Below, piece by piece: positions 49,092 through 59,012 of a stretch of 64,000 nucleotides of DNA. Origin of the DNA: an uncultured Desulfobacula sp. (GTDB taxonomy: Bacteria; Desulfobacterota; Desulfobacteria; Desulfobacterales; Desulfobacteraceae); NCBI GenBank assembly GCA_963674905.2, contig CAXXXR010000002.1, forward strand, positions 2,658,588-2,722,587. The letters are read 5' to 3'. Numbering within the stretch: the first letter of the stretch is position 1; each line of letters begins with the position of its first letter. The position numbers were made by a program, and so were the translations under genes. The notes under the pieces are model-generated. The model had not been told where the DNA came from, did not search any database, and worked only from the letters and a program-made list of their open reading frames with translations.

Positions 49092-50324
49092 TCAATCCTT
49101 GCGCCGTGCCGTTAATGCATCGGTCCTTGCCCGGAACCGGTCGTTCATTTTTCCCAGGGCATTGGAACTCTGGGAGGCAATATTAATGGTTTCCTGGGAA
49201 ATCAGGGCATAGGTTTCAAATGCCTGTTCATAGGTCTGACACGCCTCTTCCAGGGCCTCGATGTTCACGGTCATGCTCTGGCTCATCTGGGCACCCTTGA
49301 TGGCGGCGTTGCCGATGACCTTTGCCGTGTCCTTCATGGTTTCTGCGGCTGCCTGCTGGACCATGTCCAGGTGCTGGAGGGTTTCCATCTGCTGTTCCGC
49401 CGCCACCCGGACGGCCAGGGCATTTTTAACGGCAGTGGAAAGGATCATGTCGGTCCGCTGGACCAGGCGCCGAACCAAATGGGAGTTTCTCACCATCATC
49501 TCGCCGCCGAACCGGGTCTGGAGATTTGAATTGTCAATGGTCTGGAGGTCCACCACGGCCATGGCAAGATCCGAGGTCAGGGTGGTCAGGGCCTCTTTAT
49601 TCCTGGGGTCGTCAATGGTGGCCAGATGCTCCATGAGCTTCTGCCAGATGATCTGGCCGAGAAAGATCTGCTCCTGGAGCCGGGGCTGGATCTCCTTTAA
49701 TGCGTCACAGATGGTGGACAACTCTGCCGCATCAAAGGCCACCTGGTCGGATTCGTTTCTCAAATGGTCCCGGATGCCGTCAATGGTGGAGTTAACGGTT
49801 TCCCTGCGCTCGGCAATGATCCTCAGGATTTCATCCCCCTTGGGCAGACGGTTCACGGTCTTGGTGAACAGGCCCAGCATTTTTTTGGGAAACGGGAGTT
49901 CGGTTTTCCCCACCACGGTTGGATTAACCTTGTCCAGTTCCGTTTTAATGGCCAGAATATTTTTCCCCACAGGTGAGGATTCATCCGTAGCCACATTCCT
50001 GAGCACGTTGCCCATCTTGCGGTCATAGAGACTGACCTGGGTCTGGGTCTCCTGCATGATGTCCCGGCCCAGGCCGAAAACAAAATCGCCCAGTTGCCAG
50101 TCGGAGGGGTCCTCTTTGATTTTTTCAAGGAATTCATTTGCCCGGGCTTCAGCCGCCTGTATATCTTCCACGGTCATATGTTTGGGCTGAACCGGTTCAA
50201 GGTTGGAAGGGGTCTGGACTGGGGTCAGGGCACCCTGACCCGATACCTGGGTCACCTCGGCAAGGACGGGGGCCTTTGCCTGGTGGGCAACATTTTGAAG
50301 GTCCTGGGTCATGTCATTCATCAT
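49092..50324 (-). CDS. Toxic anion resistance protein (TelA/KlaA family)
   Basis: Long coiled-coil protein; true start MMNDMTQD at 50324 follows AAGGAGG; TelA-like N-terminal G...Q and NS.LV..VQR. Confidence 0.7.
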   Translation of the reverse strand: MMNDMTQDLQNVAHQAKAPVLAEVTQVSGQGALTPVQTPSNLEPVQPKHMTVEDIQAAEARANEFLEKIKEDPSDWQLGDFVFGLGRDIMQETQTQVSLYDRKMGNVLRNVATDESSPVGKNILAIKTELDKVNPTVVGKTELPFPKKMLGLFTKTVNRLPKGDEILRIIAERRETVNSTIDGIRDHLRNESDQVAFDAAELSTICDALKEIQPRLQEQIFLGQIIWQKLMEHLATIDDPRNKEALTTLTSDLAMAVVDLQTIDNSNLQTRFGGEMMVRNSHLVRRLVQRTDMILSTAVKNALAVRVAAEQQMETLQHLDMVQQAAAETMKDTAKVIGNAAIKGAQMSQSMTVNIEALEEACQTYEQAFETYALISQETINIASQSSNALGKMNDRFRARTDALTARRKD

Positions 50325-50364
50325 ATCCTCCTTAGGGAACTTTGTTTTGTTAATCCAGCGTTCT

Positions 50365-50943
50365 TCATGAAAATTTTCCGGCAAGGAAATTGGCCATGGT
50401 CTTGAATTCCGCAGTCTCGTTTTTTTCAACAATATCCCTGGACCGGTGGGAGACCTCGTGCAGGTTTTCAATGGTTTCCTCGAAGATGGCCGCCTGGTTT
50501 TTCCGGCTCTCCGTGGACAGGTCAAGGTATTCCTTGACTGTGTTGAAAAGATGCTTTTTACCGATCTTCTTGATCTCATAGGTCAGGGCTTCACCGGGGT
50601 ATCGTTCCATCATGGCCGGGGTGACAACACTTAAATCATCAATAATGGTCTCTATCTTCTGGGTCATGCCATCGGGAAGATCCCGGTCTTTTCTCAGGAC
50701 CATATTACATTGCAGCAGCACCTCCAGGATGGATTTAAACTCCTGGTCAGGAGATTGTCCCGGCCCGGAAGAGGAACCTTGCCCGGAGGAGGACTGGGGC
50801 CCGTGGTCAGACCCTGTTTTTTGGGGTTGAGTGTTGCCCGATTGAGCTTGCCCGGATTTATTTTTGGGGGACCTGTTTTTCATCATCAGGGCAACGCCCA
50901 CAACGGCGATGCAGAATACGGCGGCTGTAATGATCGTTGTCAT
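50365..50943 (-). CDS. Membrane-anchored hypothetical protein, XpaC-like TelA partner
   Basis: N-terminal TM, Ser/Gly/Gln linker, and helical domain with YLDLS...F...ANFLAGKF; AAGGAG RBS; directly upstream of telA. Confidence 0.6.
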   Translation of the reverse strand: MTTIITAAVFCIAVVGVALMMKNRSPKNKSGQAQSGNTQPQKTGSDHGPQSSSGQGSSSGPGQSPDQEFKSILEVLLQCNMVLRKDRDLPDGMTQKIETIIDDLSVVTPAMMERYPGEALTYEIKKIGKKHLFNTVKEYLDLSTESRKNQAAIFEETIENLHEVSHRSRDIVEKNETAEFKTMANFLAGKFS

Positions 50944-51119
50944 TGTGCGGCTCCTTGGGGGTTAACCTTTTTAATTCCATCATATTTTAGGAAACAATAA
51001 TGCAAAACTTCAATTTTACAAGGCCGGGAAAATTGCTAAATATGACCCCACTCTATATGGGGTATGCCCAAAAATCAAGCCGGACCCGGGAGATTTGTCG
51101 TCCCGGAAAAAATGGATAC

Positions 51120-51148
51120 TTGTACCCGGAACAAAGGTGATGTAAAAT
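51120..51148 (+). promoter_or_regulatory. Sigma70-type promoter for the slyB-like gene
   Basis: TTGTAC, 17 bp, TAAAAT. Confidence 0.5.
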
Positions 51149-51252
51149 AGGAGGAATCCGGCCCACAAAAAAAATGCCTGGGTGCAGCCCTTCAAACGTA
51201 AGGTGTGGCATACCGGCCCGGGTCTGATTATACTTTTAAAAAGGATGGAGCA

Positions 51253-51723
51253 ATGAAGATATTTAGATCAGCAGTTGTGGGTTTGGTTTTTACGGCAATG
51301 GTGGCCATGGTTGGTGCAGGGTGTGCCTCCAGCCGGTCCGGCCAGGTGTATTCCCGGGACGAGGCCAGACAGGTCCAGACCGTTGAAAACGGGACGGTGG
51401 AGTCGGTGAAGCAGGTGATCATTGAAGGCACCAAAACCCCCATCGGCACGGCGGCCGGAGGGGTTGCCGGCGGTGTGCTCGGCAGCACCGTGGGAGGAGG
51501 ATCCGGTAAAACAGTGGCCGTGGTGATCGGGGCCCTTGCCGGTGCCGCCGCAGGCACCATGGCCGAAGAGGGCATCACCCGGAAACCCGGACTTGAAATC
51601 ATTGTGAAAATAGACGGCGGCCGGACCATTGTGGTGGTCCAGGAGGATGACATGGCTGTTGCGGCCGGGGACAGGGTCAGGATTATCACGGCACCGGACG
51701 GCACCACCCGGGTGTCGAAGTAG
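51253..51723 (+). CDS. Glycine-zipper 2TM outer-membrane lipoprotein (SlyB/Pcp)
   Basis: Lipobox GAGC; VYSRDEARQVQTV; G..AGG..G..VGGG.G zipper; VVQE...GDRV. Confidence 0.88.
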   Translation: MKIFRSAVVGLVFTAMVAMVGAGCASSRSGQVYSRDEARQVQTVENGTVESVKQVIIEGTKTPIGTAAGGVAGGVLGSTVGGGSGKTVAVVIGALAGAAAGTMAEEGITRKPGLEIIVKIDGGRTIVVVQEDDMAVAAGDRVRIITAPDGTTRVSK

Positions 51724-51851
51724 GGCACCCATCGGCAGGTCATAGCGGTTTTTTTCTTCTGCTGTTAAAGAGTTGACCTTTAAATTTTCATGGTTACCTT
51801 TGCAGCCTGCGAACAATCCGCGAATAATCACGGGATATTAACAGGAGAATC

Positions 51852-53699
51852 ATGAAAAAGAACACCCAGACCAATGATAAATTACGGAATATTGCCATCA
51901 TCGCCCATGTTGATCACGGCAAGACCACCCTTGTTGACGCCATGTTCAAGCAGAGCGGGCTTTTCAGGGAAGGCCAGGAGACGGACGACCGCCTCATGGA
52001 CAGCATGGATCTTGAAAGAGAGCGGGGAATCACCATTGCGGCCAAAAACTGTTCCGTGAAATGGAAAGACGTTAAAATTAATATTATTGATACCCCGGGC
52101 CATGCGGATTTCGGCGGTGAGGTGGAACGGGCCCTGTCCATGGCAGACAGCGCCATCCTTCTGGTGGATGCGTCCGAAGGCCCTCTGCCCCAGACCCGGT
52201 TTGTCCTTAAAAAAACCTTTGAGGCCAATCTTCCGGTCATGGTCATCATCAATAAGATTGACCGTAAGGATGCCCGGCCCGACGAAGTCCTGGACATGGT
52301 GTATGACCTGTTCATCGACCTTGAAGCCACGGAAGAGCAGCTTGATTTTACCTATCTGTACGCCATCGGCCGTGACGGGATCGTTAAACGGGAACTGGAA
52401 GAAGATGTTGACAATCTGACGGTCCTGTTTGACCTCATTGTGGAAGAGATGCCGGCCCCGTCCTATGATCCCTCCGCTCCCTTTCAGATGCTGGTCTCGG
52501 ATCTGGGATATTCCGACTACCTCGGCCGTCTGGCCATCGGCAAGATTTTTAACGGCAGTGCCACGTCCAATGAAAGCCTTGTGTGCATCAATGAAGACAA
52601 TAAACAGAAATTATTAAAGGTGTCCAAGCTCCAGACCTATGACGGGATGACCCTTTATCCCGTGGAACAGGCCCAGGTGGGAGATATTATCGTATTGTCC
52701 GGTATCGAGGAGGTCAAGATCGGGGACACCATCTGTACCCGCCAGGACCCCGTACCCCTGAAACGGATCACCGTGGATGAACCCACCGTGTCCATGCGGT
52801 TTTCCATTTCCACCTCTCCCTTTGCCGGCCGGGAGGGCAAATATGTCCAGTCCAGAAAAATCCGGGAGCGGTTGCTCAAGGAGACCCTGATGAACGTGGC
52901 CATAGAGGTGGAGGAGAGCACCACGGACGAAAGCTTTACGGTCAAGGGAAGGGGAGAGCTCCAACTGGCCATCCTCATCGAAACCATGAGAAGAGAGGGG
53001 TTTGAACTCTGTGTGGGACGGCCAAAGGTTATCTACAAGTACAGGGATGGAAAAACCCTGGAACCCATTGAACATCTGTTTGTGGATTGCGGTGAAGATT
53101 TTCTCGGGGTTGTAACGGAAAAACTCTCCATCCGGAAGGGCAAGATGCTCAACCTGGTGAACAACGGCAAGGGCCGGGTGAGAATTGAATTTTCAATCCC
53201 CTCAAGGTCTTTGATCGGATATCGGGATGAGTTTATGACCGATACCCGGGGAACCGGAATCATGAACTCCTACCTGTCCGGGTACGAGGAGCACCGGGGG
53301 GAATTCCCGGTGCGGTATACCGGCTCCATCGTGTCCGACCGCCAGGGGAAAGCCGTTCCCTATGCCCTGTTCAACCTTGAGCCCAGGGGGCAGTTGCTCA
53401 TCGAGCCAGGCACTCCGGTGTACGAGGGCATGATCGTGGGAGAACACAACCGGCACCAGGACATTGACGTGAATGCCTGCAAGGAGAAAAAATTGACCAA
53501 TATGCGGGCCTCGGGCAAGGACGAAAGTGTGATCTGTTCACCCATAAAGGCCATGACCCTTGAAAAGGCCCTTCATTTTATCCGGGACGATGAGATGGTG
53601 GAGGTCACCCCCCTTTCCATCCGCCTGAGAAAAACCACGTTGAACGCCTCCCAGCGCCAGGTGCTGAAGGCCAAACAAAAAAAGATGGAGCAGGAGTAA
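51852..53699 (+). CDS. typA: Translational GTPase TypA/BipA
   Basis: IAHVDHGKTT, ERERGITI, DTPGHADF, NKID, GRGELQL and EVTP..IRLRK. Confidence 0.97.
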   Translation: MKKNTQTNDKLRNIAIIAHVDHGKTTLVDAMFKQSGLFREGQETDDRLMDSMDLERERGITIAAKNCSVKWKDVKINIIDTPGHADFGGEVERALSMADSAILLVDASEGPLPQTRFVLKKTFEANLPVMVIINKIDRKDARPDEVLDMVYDLFIDLEATEEQLDFTYLYAIGRDGIVKRELEEDVDNLTVLFDLIVEEMPAPSYDPSAPFQMLVSDLGYSDYLGRLAIGKIFNGSATSNESLVCINEDNKQKLLKVSKLQTYDGMTLYPVEQAQVGDIIVLSGIEEVKIGDTICTRQDPVPLKRITVDEPTVSMRFSISTSPFAGREGKYVQSRKIRERLLKETLMNVAIEVEESTTDESFTVKGRGELQLAILIETMRREGFELCVGRPKVIYKYRDGKTLEPIEHLFVDCGEDFLGVVTEKLSIRKGKMLNLVNNGKGRVRIEFSIPSRSLIGYRDEFMTDTRGTGIMNSYLSGYEEHRGEFPVRYTGSIVSDRQGKAVPYALFNLEPRGQLLIEPGTPVYEGMIVGEHNRHQDIDVNACKEKKLTNMRASGKDESVICSPIKAMTLEKALHFIRDDEMVEVTPLSIRLRKTTLNASQRQVLKAKQKKMEQE

Positions 53700-53776
53700 G
53701 GACCGCAAGCGAAACAAGGAGTCCCATATTTGAATACCCGGCCCAGGACCAGGAGAGGACACGACAAATCCCCAAC

Positions 53777-53816
53777 CTTGATCTTTGATTTTCTTAATGG
53801 AGAGTCAAAGATCAAG
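53777..53816. terminator. Probable bidirectional terminator between convergent typA and the ligase gene
   Basis: cttgatctttga (53777-53788) and tcaaagatcaag (53805-53816) form a perfect 12-bp inverted repeat. Confidence 0.55.
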
Positions 53817-53825
53817 AATTAAAGA

Positions 53826-55487
53826 TCAGGCCCCGGTTTTTTTCATGATCTTGCGCCTTTCCCCGTCACGGACTTCCCGCCGCAGCAGCTTGCCCACCTT
53901 TGACTTGGGAAGCATGTCCCTGAATTCCACATATCCCGGGACCTTGTAGGAGGCCAGGCGTTCACTGCACCAGCGGATCAGTTCAACACCCCCCACTCCC
54001 CGGGCATCCTCCTTGAGCACCACAATGGCTTTGATGCGTTCCCCGGCCCGTTCATCGGGAATGCCGATGACACAGGCATTGATCACGGTGGGGTGATCCT
54101 GGAGAACGGCTTCAATTTCCGAGGCCGATACCCGGTATCCCTTGTGTTTGATCACGTCTGCAGACCGTTCCATGTAAACCAGTTCCCCGTCCGGTTTGCA
54201 CGAGACAAAATCTCCCATGCGGCAGTAGAGCTTGTCGTTCACCCGGATATAGGTCTTGTCAGTTTCTTCAGGTTTTTCATAGTACTCTTTTAACGAATAG
54301 GGTGAGGTGACAAAGAGTTCGCCGTTTTCGCCGTCTTCAACACATTCCAGGGTCACCGGGTCCACCACGAGACACTCCCGGCTTTCCAGGGGGTATCCAA
54401 TGGAACCCGAAGAGGGCTCGGTTCCGATCCTGCTGTAGGTGACGTGGCCGGCTTCCGTGGACCCGTAAACCTGGTAGATGGGAAGGTCATATTTTTCCCG
54501 GAACCGGTTCATGACTTTTCCGGGCAGCACATCTCCGCCGCAGAAGCAGTATTTCAGGGAGGACAGGTCATATTGATCCAGGCGGTCGTTTTCCAGGATC
54601 ATCCGGTACAGGGCCGGTACCCCGAGAAACCATCTCACCCGGTATCTCTGGACACATTCTAAAATGGCATCCACCTGGGGCTGGGGCATGAGCACCACCA
54701 TGTTGCCTTTATTTAACCCCACGGCCATGAAAAATCCCAGGGCCATGATGTGAAACAGGGGGTTCACGGCAATATAGACATCCGTTCCCTCTTTTAAGTG
54801 GCTCCCGGCCACATCATAGGTCACGTTGTTGATATAGGAGGTGGAGCCGATATGGTTGCCCGGCACCCCCTTGGGAAAACCCGTGGTCCCCCCGGTGTAG
54901 AGGATATATGACAGGTCCTTCACCGGGTCGATCTCTATGGCTTCGGTCATGGGCCCGGCCTTGAGCAGGGATAAAAATGAGAGAATCCTTTCATCATAGT
55001 CCACTCTGCCGTTGGGCACCTTGTCGAACAAAAATCCCAGGCCCCGTTTCCAGGCCGGCAAAAGGTCCACAAGGTTGGTGACAATGGCCCGCTTTAAGGG
55101 GGTGGTGCCGAAGGTTTCCTTTACATATCCGAAATTGGTGTCCATGCAGATGATGGTTTCGGCCCCGGAATTCTTGATCATATATCCGATTTCATGGGAG
55201 GTGTAGATTGGGGAAACCGGGACAAGGACGGCCCCGGCCCTCTGGATGCCGAGATAGGCAATCACCCATTGAATACAATTGGGAATATACAAGAGCACCT
55301 TGTCTCCCTTTTGTACCCCCAGGTTTCGCAATCCCCCGGCAAACCGCCGGCTCAGATCTCCCAGGCGCTGATAGGAGAATGATTCGCCCAGGTAGGACAC
55401 GGCCGTGTTTTGCGGATACATCTCAGTCATTCGATCAAATCGGGAAAAAGACAATTCCTTCTCAAGTGGTATGGCATGCTTGCCCAT
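53826..55487 (-). CDS. AMP-binding acyl-CoA ligase (long-chain/aromatic acid)
   Basis: YTGGTTGFPKG, YGSTEAG, MGD, IKHKGYRV...EIE and SKVGK. Confidence 0.9.
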   Translation of the reverse strand: MGKHAIPLEKELSFSRFDRMTEMYPQNTAVSYLGESFSYQRLGDLSRRFAGGLRNLGVQKGDKVLLYIPNCIQWVIAYLGIQRAGAVLVPVSPIYTSHEIGYMIKNSGAETIICMDTNFGYVKETFGTTPLKRAIVTNLVDLLPAWKRGLGFLFDKVPNGRVDYDERILSFLSLLKAGPMTEAIEIDPVKDLSYILYTGGTTGFPKGVPGNHIGSTSYINNVTYDVAGSHLKEGTDVYIAVNPLFHIMALGFFMAVGLNKGNMVVLMPQPQVDAILECVQRYRVRWFLGVPALYRMILENDRLDQYDLSSLKYCFCGGDVLPGKVMNRFREKYDLPIYQVYGSTEAGHVTYSRIGTEPSSGSIGYPLESRECLVVDPVTLECVEDGENGELFVTSPYSLKEYYEKPEETDKTYIRVNDKLYCRMGDFVSCKPDGELVYMERSADVIKHKGYRVSASEIEAVLQDHPTVINACVIGIPDERAGERIKAIVVLKEDARGVGGVELIRWCSERLASYKVPGYVEFRDMLPKSKVGKLLRREVRDGERRKIMKKTGA

Positions 55488-55504
55488 TTGGATTGGCTCC
55501 TTTT

Positions 55505-56254
55505 TTATGAAACACCAAAATATGCGGATTTTACATCTGGATTGCCCATGAGTTCCTCCCGGGTTCCCTCCATGACGGCGGCCCCGTTTTCAAGGATATA
55601 GGCATAATCCACAATGGGAAACACGGGCCGGGCATATTGTTCGGCCACGATGACGGCGATCCCGGTTTCCTGCTGGATCACCTTGACGGCCTTGATCAGG
55701 GTGGCCTGCATGAGCGGGCTTAATCCCAGCAAAGGCTCATCCAGGAGCAACACCTTTGGCTGGGCCATGAGGGCCCGGCCGATGGCCACCATCTGCTGCT
55801 CACCCCCGCTCAAAAAACCGCCCAGACGGTTTTTCAGTTTTTCCAGGGCAGGGAACATGTTCATCACGTAATCCAGGGTATATTTTGCCTGGGCCCTGGT
55901 GGCCAGGTATCCCCCGATACGAAGGTTCTCCAGCACGGAACTCTCCTTGAACAGGCGTCGTCTTTCAGGACAGAGGACAATCCCGGCCCTGGCCCGGAGG
56001 CTGGGTTTCAGGTTCATGATGCTTTCACCCTGGAATATCACGTCCCCGGTAAGGGTGATCCGTTCTCCCCCGGCCATGTCCTCTTTTTTCTGGATATCCA
56101 GCATGATGCCGGACAGGGCGTACATGAGGGTGGATTTGCCGGCGCTGTTGGCCCCGAATACGCCCACGATCTGATTGTCTGCGCAGGTGATGCTGATATT
56201 ATTCAGGGCCAGCATGTTTTCGTAAAATACCATCAAATCAACGGCTTCAAGCAT
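55505..56254 (-). CDS. HAAT-family ABC ATP-binding subunit (LivF-like)
   Basis: GANSAGKST, LSGGEQQM and LLDEP. Confidence 0.92.
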   Translation of the reverse strand: MLEAVDLMVFYENMLALNNISITCADNQIVGVFGANSAGKSTLMYALSGIMLDIQKKEDMAGGERITLTGDVIFQGESIMNLKPSLRARAGIVLCPERRRLFKESSVLENLRIGGYLATRAQAKYTLDYVMNMFPALEKLKNRLGGFLSGGEQQMVAIGRALMAQPKVLLLDEPLLGLSPLMQATLIKAVKVIQQETGIAVIVAEQYARPVFPIVDYAYILENGAAVMEGTREELMGNPDVKSAYFGVS

Positions 56255-57116
56255 AGGTCATGACCTCCTCAACCTCTTCAGATCCAAAATAGGCAGCCTT
56301 GACCCGTTCATCGGCCATGACCTCGGAGGGACTGCCTTCAATGAGTTTTTCGCCGAAGTTCAGGACCATGACCCTGTTGGCCACCTGGAACAGCTCCCGT
56401 AGCCTGTGCTCGATCATGACAATGGTAATGCCTTCGTCCTGGAGCCGCTCGATCAGGGGCACCATGGAGGCGATCTCACTCATGGACAACCCGGAAAACA
56501 CCTCGTCGCAGATAATGATTTCGGGTTTGAGGGCCAGGCACCTTGCCAGTTCCAGCCGCTTTAAATAGCCCGTGGGCAGGGTGGATGTTTTTTTAAACGG
56601 GATATACGAGTCCCGTTCAAACCCGATTTCTTCCAGAATATCAATGGCAATGGTCTGCCGGTTCCCGAGCCGTCCCCCGCCCCGCCAGCCTCCGGTCCGC
56701 TTGGCCCGGGGAGAGAACAAAGGGATGACAAGATTTTTGTAGGCCGGCAGGCTGTGATAGGGCCGCATGATCTGGAAGGTCCGGGTCACCCCCAGGTCGG
56801 CAATCTTGTGTGGGGGACGTCCCGTGATATTTTTACCCTTAAAATAGATCCTGCCTGAACCGGGTTTGATAAACCCGGTAATGCTGTTGACAATGGTGGT
56901 CTTGCCTGATCCGTTGGGCCCGATAATCCCAAGGACATCTCCGGGAAACACATCAAAGCTGACATCCTTGAGGGCCGTCACCCCGCCGAAAGCCTTGGAG
57001 AGCCCGTCAATCTTAAGAATCGGATCTGTTGGGGCGGGTTTGCTTTCCTGTTTGATACCTGGTTTCCTGTCTGATTTCATATCCGGTTTAGGTTCTGAAG
57101 TCATATTTGATTTCAT
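56247..57116 (-). CDS. HAAT-family ABC ATP-binding subunit (LivG-like)
   Basis: GPNGSGKTT, GVTRTFQ, ICDEV, IEH and AAYFG; ATG 57116 overlaps the upstream TGA; repetitive N-terminus. Confidence 0.9.
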   Translation of the reverse strand: MKSNMTSEPKPDMKSDRKPGIKQESKPAPTDPILKIDGLSKAFGGVTALKDVSFDVFPGDVLGIIGPNGSGKTTIVNSITGFIKPGSGRIYFKGKNITGRPPHKIADLGVTRTFQIMRPYHSLPAYKNLVIPLFSPRAKRTGGWRGGGRLGNRQTIAIDILEEIGFERDSYIPFKKTSTLPTGYLKRLELARCLALKPEIIICDEVFSGLSMSEIASMVPLIERLQDEGITIVMIEHRLRELFQVANRVMVLNFGEKLIEGSPSEVMADERVKAAYFGSEEVEEVMTYA

Positions 57117-58126
57117 ATTTGGGTCCACCGTTCAAACTGTTCATATTTGCGCTGTCCAAAGGCCATGATCCCGTCGCTGCGAAACAGGATAAATCCCACC
57201 AGGATTGAGGCGTAGAATGCAATCCTCAAGGTTCCGAAATCCCTTAACAGCTCGGACACCGGCACCAGGATCAGGCAGCCGATCAAAGGGCCCACCAGGG
57301 TGCCGGCTCCGCCGATGACTGTGGCGGCAATGGGCAGGATGGAAAAATCCAGGGCAAACTGGGAGATGCCCGACCACATGTAAATATGGGTGAGGCAGGC
57401 TCCGGCCATGCACCCCATGGCCGAGGCAATGAATACGGCCAAAGCCTTGTACCGGGTAATGCTGATGCCCGAGGCTTTCACGGCCTGGTCATTGTCCATG
57501 ATGGCGGTGAAGATCAGGCCCCGGTCCGTGGTGACAAACCGCCTGATCCCAAACAGGAAGACCAGCACCATGGCGATGACAAAGTATTGTTCTGCAAAGG
57601 AGGATGAAAAACTGTCGATTCCGGTGAGTCCGTCGGTTCCCCCGAAAATGTCAAAGGCCTCGATAATCCGGGCCATGAACAACGGATACATCAGGGTGAC
57701 AATCGCAAAGTACACCCCTTTCAACGGCAGGCAGGGAAGCAGCAGAACCGTGCAGACCACCCCGCCGATGAGGGCGGCCAGGGGCACGGTGAGAAACGGG
57801 GGAACACCGAAATAGGAGTTGAGTATGCCCGCGATATACCCCCCGGTTCCAATGAAAAAGGCCCCTCCCAGGGAAACCAGTCCAACGTAATGGGCCAGGA
57901 AATCAAAGCTCAGGGCCAGGATGGCATAGATACAGACAATGGAGATGACCCGCTGCCAGTACATGCCCGGCACCAGAAAGGGCAGGGCCAGCATCCCGGC
58001 GATCAAAATAAACCTGGGCAGGGTGAGATAGGACAATTCCCGCCAGGACATCAGGGCATAGAGTCCGTCGGTCCGGACCTTTATCCCGCGGTCGATGCGC
58101 TCTTTTCGTGATGCTTGATCCTTCAT
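57113..58126 (-). CDS. HAAT-family ABC permease (LivM-like)
   Basis: GLVSLG..FFI.TGGY, YFAIVTL, GGTDGL, AVKASGI and IGGAGT. Confidence 0.9.
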   Translation of the reverse strand: MKDQASRKERIDRGIKVRTDGLYALMSWRELSYLTLPRFILIAGMLALPFLVPGMYWQRVISIVCIYAILALSFDFLAHYVGLVSLGGAFFIGTGGYIAGILNSYFGVPPFLTVPLAALIGGVVCTVLLLPCLPLKGVYFAIVTLMYPLFMARIIEAFDIFGGTDGLTGIDSFSSSFAEQYFVIAMVLVFLFGIRRFVTTDRGLIFTAIMDNDQAVKASGISITRYKALAVFIASAMGCMAGACLTHIYMWSGISQFALDFSILPIAATVIGGAGTLVGPLIGCLILVPVSELLRDFGTLRIAFYASILVGFILFRSDGIMAFGQRKYEQFERWTQI

Positions 58127-58129
58127 CTC

Positions 58130-58996
58130 TTATACCCTCTCTTCTAGTTCTTTTTGCCGGCCGAACAGGCCGGATGGTTTCAGGATCAGGGTGAGGATGA
58201 TGGCCAGGAGGGCCACCACCATCTGGAAATGAGATCCGATAAAGACCACCGTGAGGATCTGGGCGAACCCGATGATAAAGGCGGCGAAAAACGCCCCCAT
58301 CCATGACCCTAAGCCCCCCACAATGCACACGGCAATGGACATGATGAGCACATTGTACCCGGATTCCACCACGATATTGCCCAGGGGCAGAATCAGGGTG
58401 GCGGCCACTCCGGCCAGGACCGCCCCGAATCCCATGGCCAGCATGGCCATGAGATCTGAGTCAATGCCCAGCATGAGGGCGGCCCGTTCATCCTGGGCCA
58501 TGCCCTGGAGGGCCAGCCCGATCCGGGTATAGTGGGTAAACACCCAGAGTCCGGCCACCAGAAGAATGCCGATCATCATCATCACCAGCCGGTGGAAATC
58601 CACGGGCACCCCGCCGATCATGAAACTGCCCTCCACGAAAACGGGAAGGGTATAGGTCATGCCCCTGAAGCCCCCGAATCTCAGGCCTTCAAGAATGGCA
58701 AGGCCGATGGCATAGGAAGAGATGATTTCGGAAATGTTCATCCCCCTTACCCGGATCAGGACAAACCGATACATGATCATTCCCAGGGCCGCGTTGCAGC
58801 AGAGGGAAAGCAAAATTGCCAGGGCATAGGGCAGCCCCAGCCGGTGAAACAGGGTCCAGGTTACAAACCCGCAGATGATATACAATGCCCCGTGGGCGAA
58901 ATTGGGCACCCGGCTGATGCCGTATACCATGGCAAAGCCGAGGCCCATTAAGGCAAGGGACACGGAGTTGATGGTCCCGTACACTAGAATCTCCAT
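58130..58996 (-). CDS. HAAT-family ABC permease (LivH-like)
   Basis: GFAMVYG, NFAHG, AALMLGID, IVGGLGS and KPSGLFG. Confidence 0.92.
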   Translation of the reverse strand: MEILVYGTINSVSLALMGLGFAMVYGISRVPNFAHGALYIICGFVTWTLFHRLGLPYALAILLSLCCNAALGMIMYRFVLIRVRGMNISEIISSYAIGLAILEGLRFGGFRGMTYTLPVFVEGSFMIGGVPVDFHRLVMMMIGILLVAGLWVFTHYTRIGLALQGMAQDERAALMLGIDSDLMAMLAMGFGAVLAGVAATLILPLGNIVVESGYNVLIMSIAVCIVGGLGSWMGAFFAAFIIGFAQILTVVFIGSHFQMVVALLAIILTLILKPSGLFGRQKELEERV

Positions 58997-59012
58997 AAGG
59001 TTCTGCTCCGTC

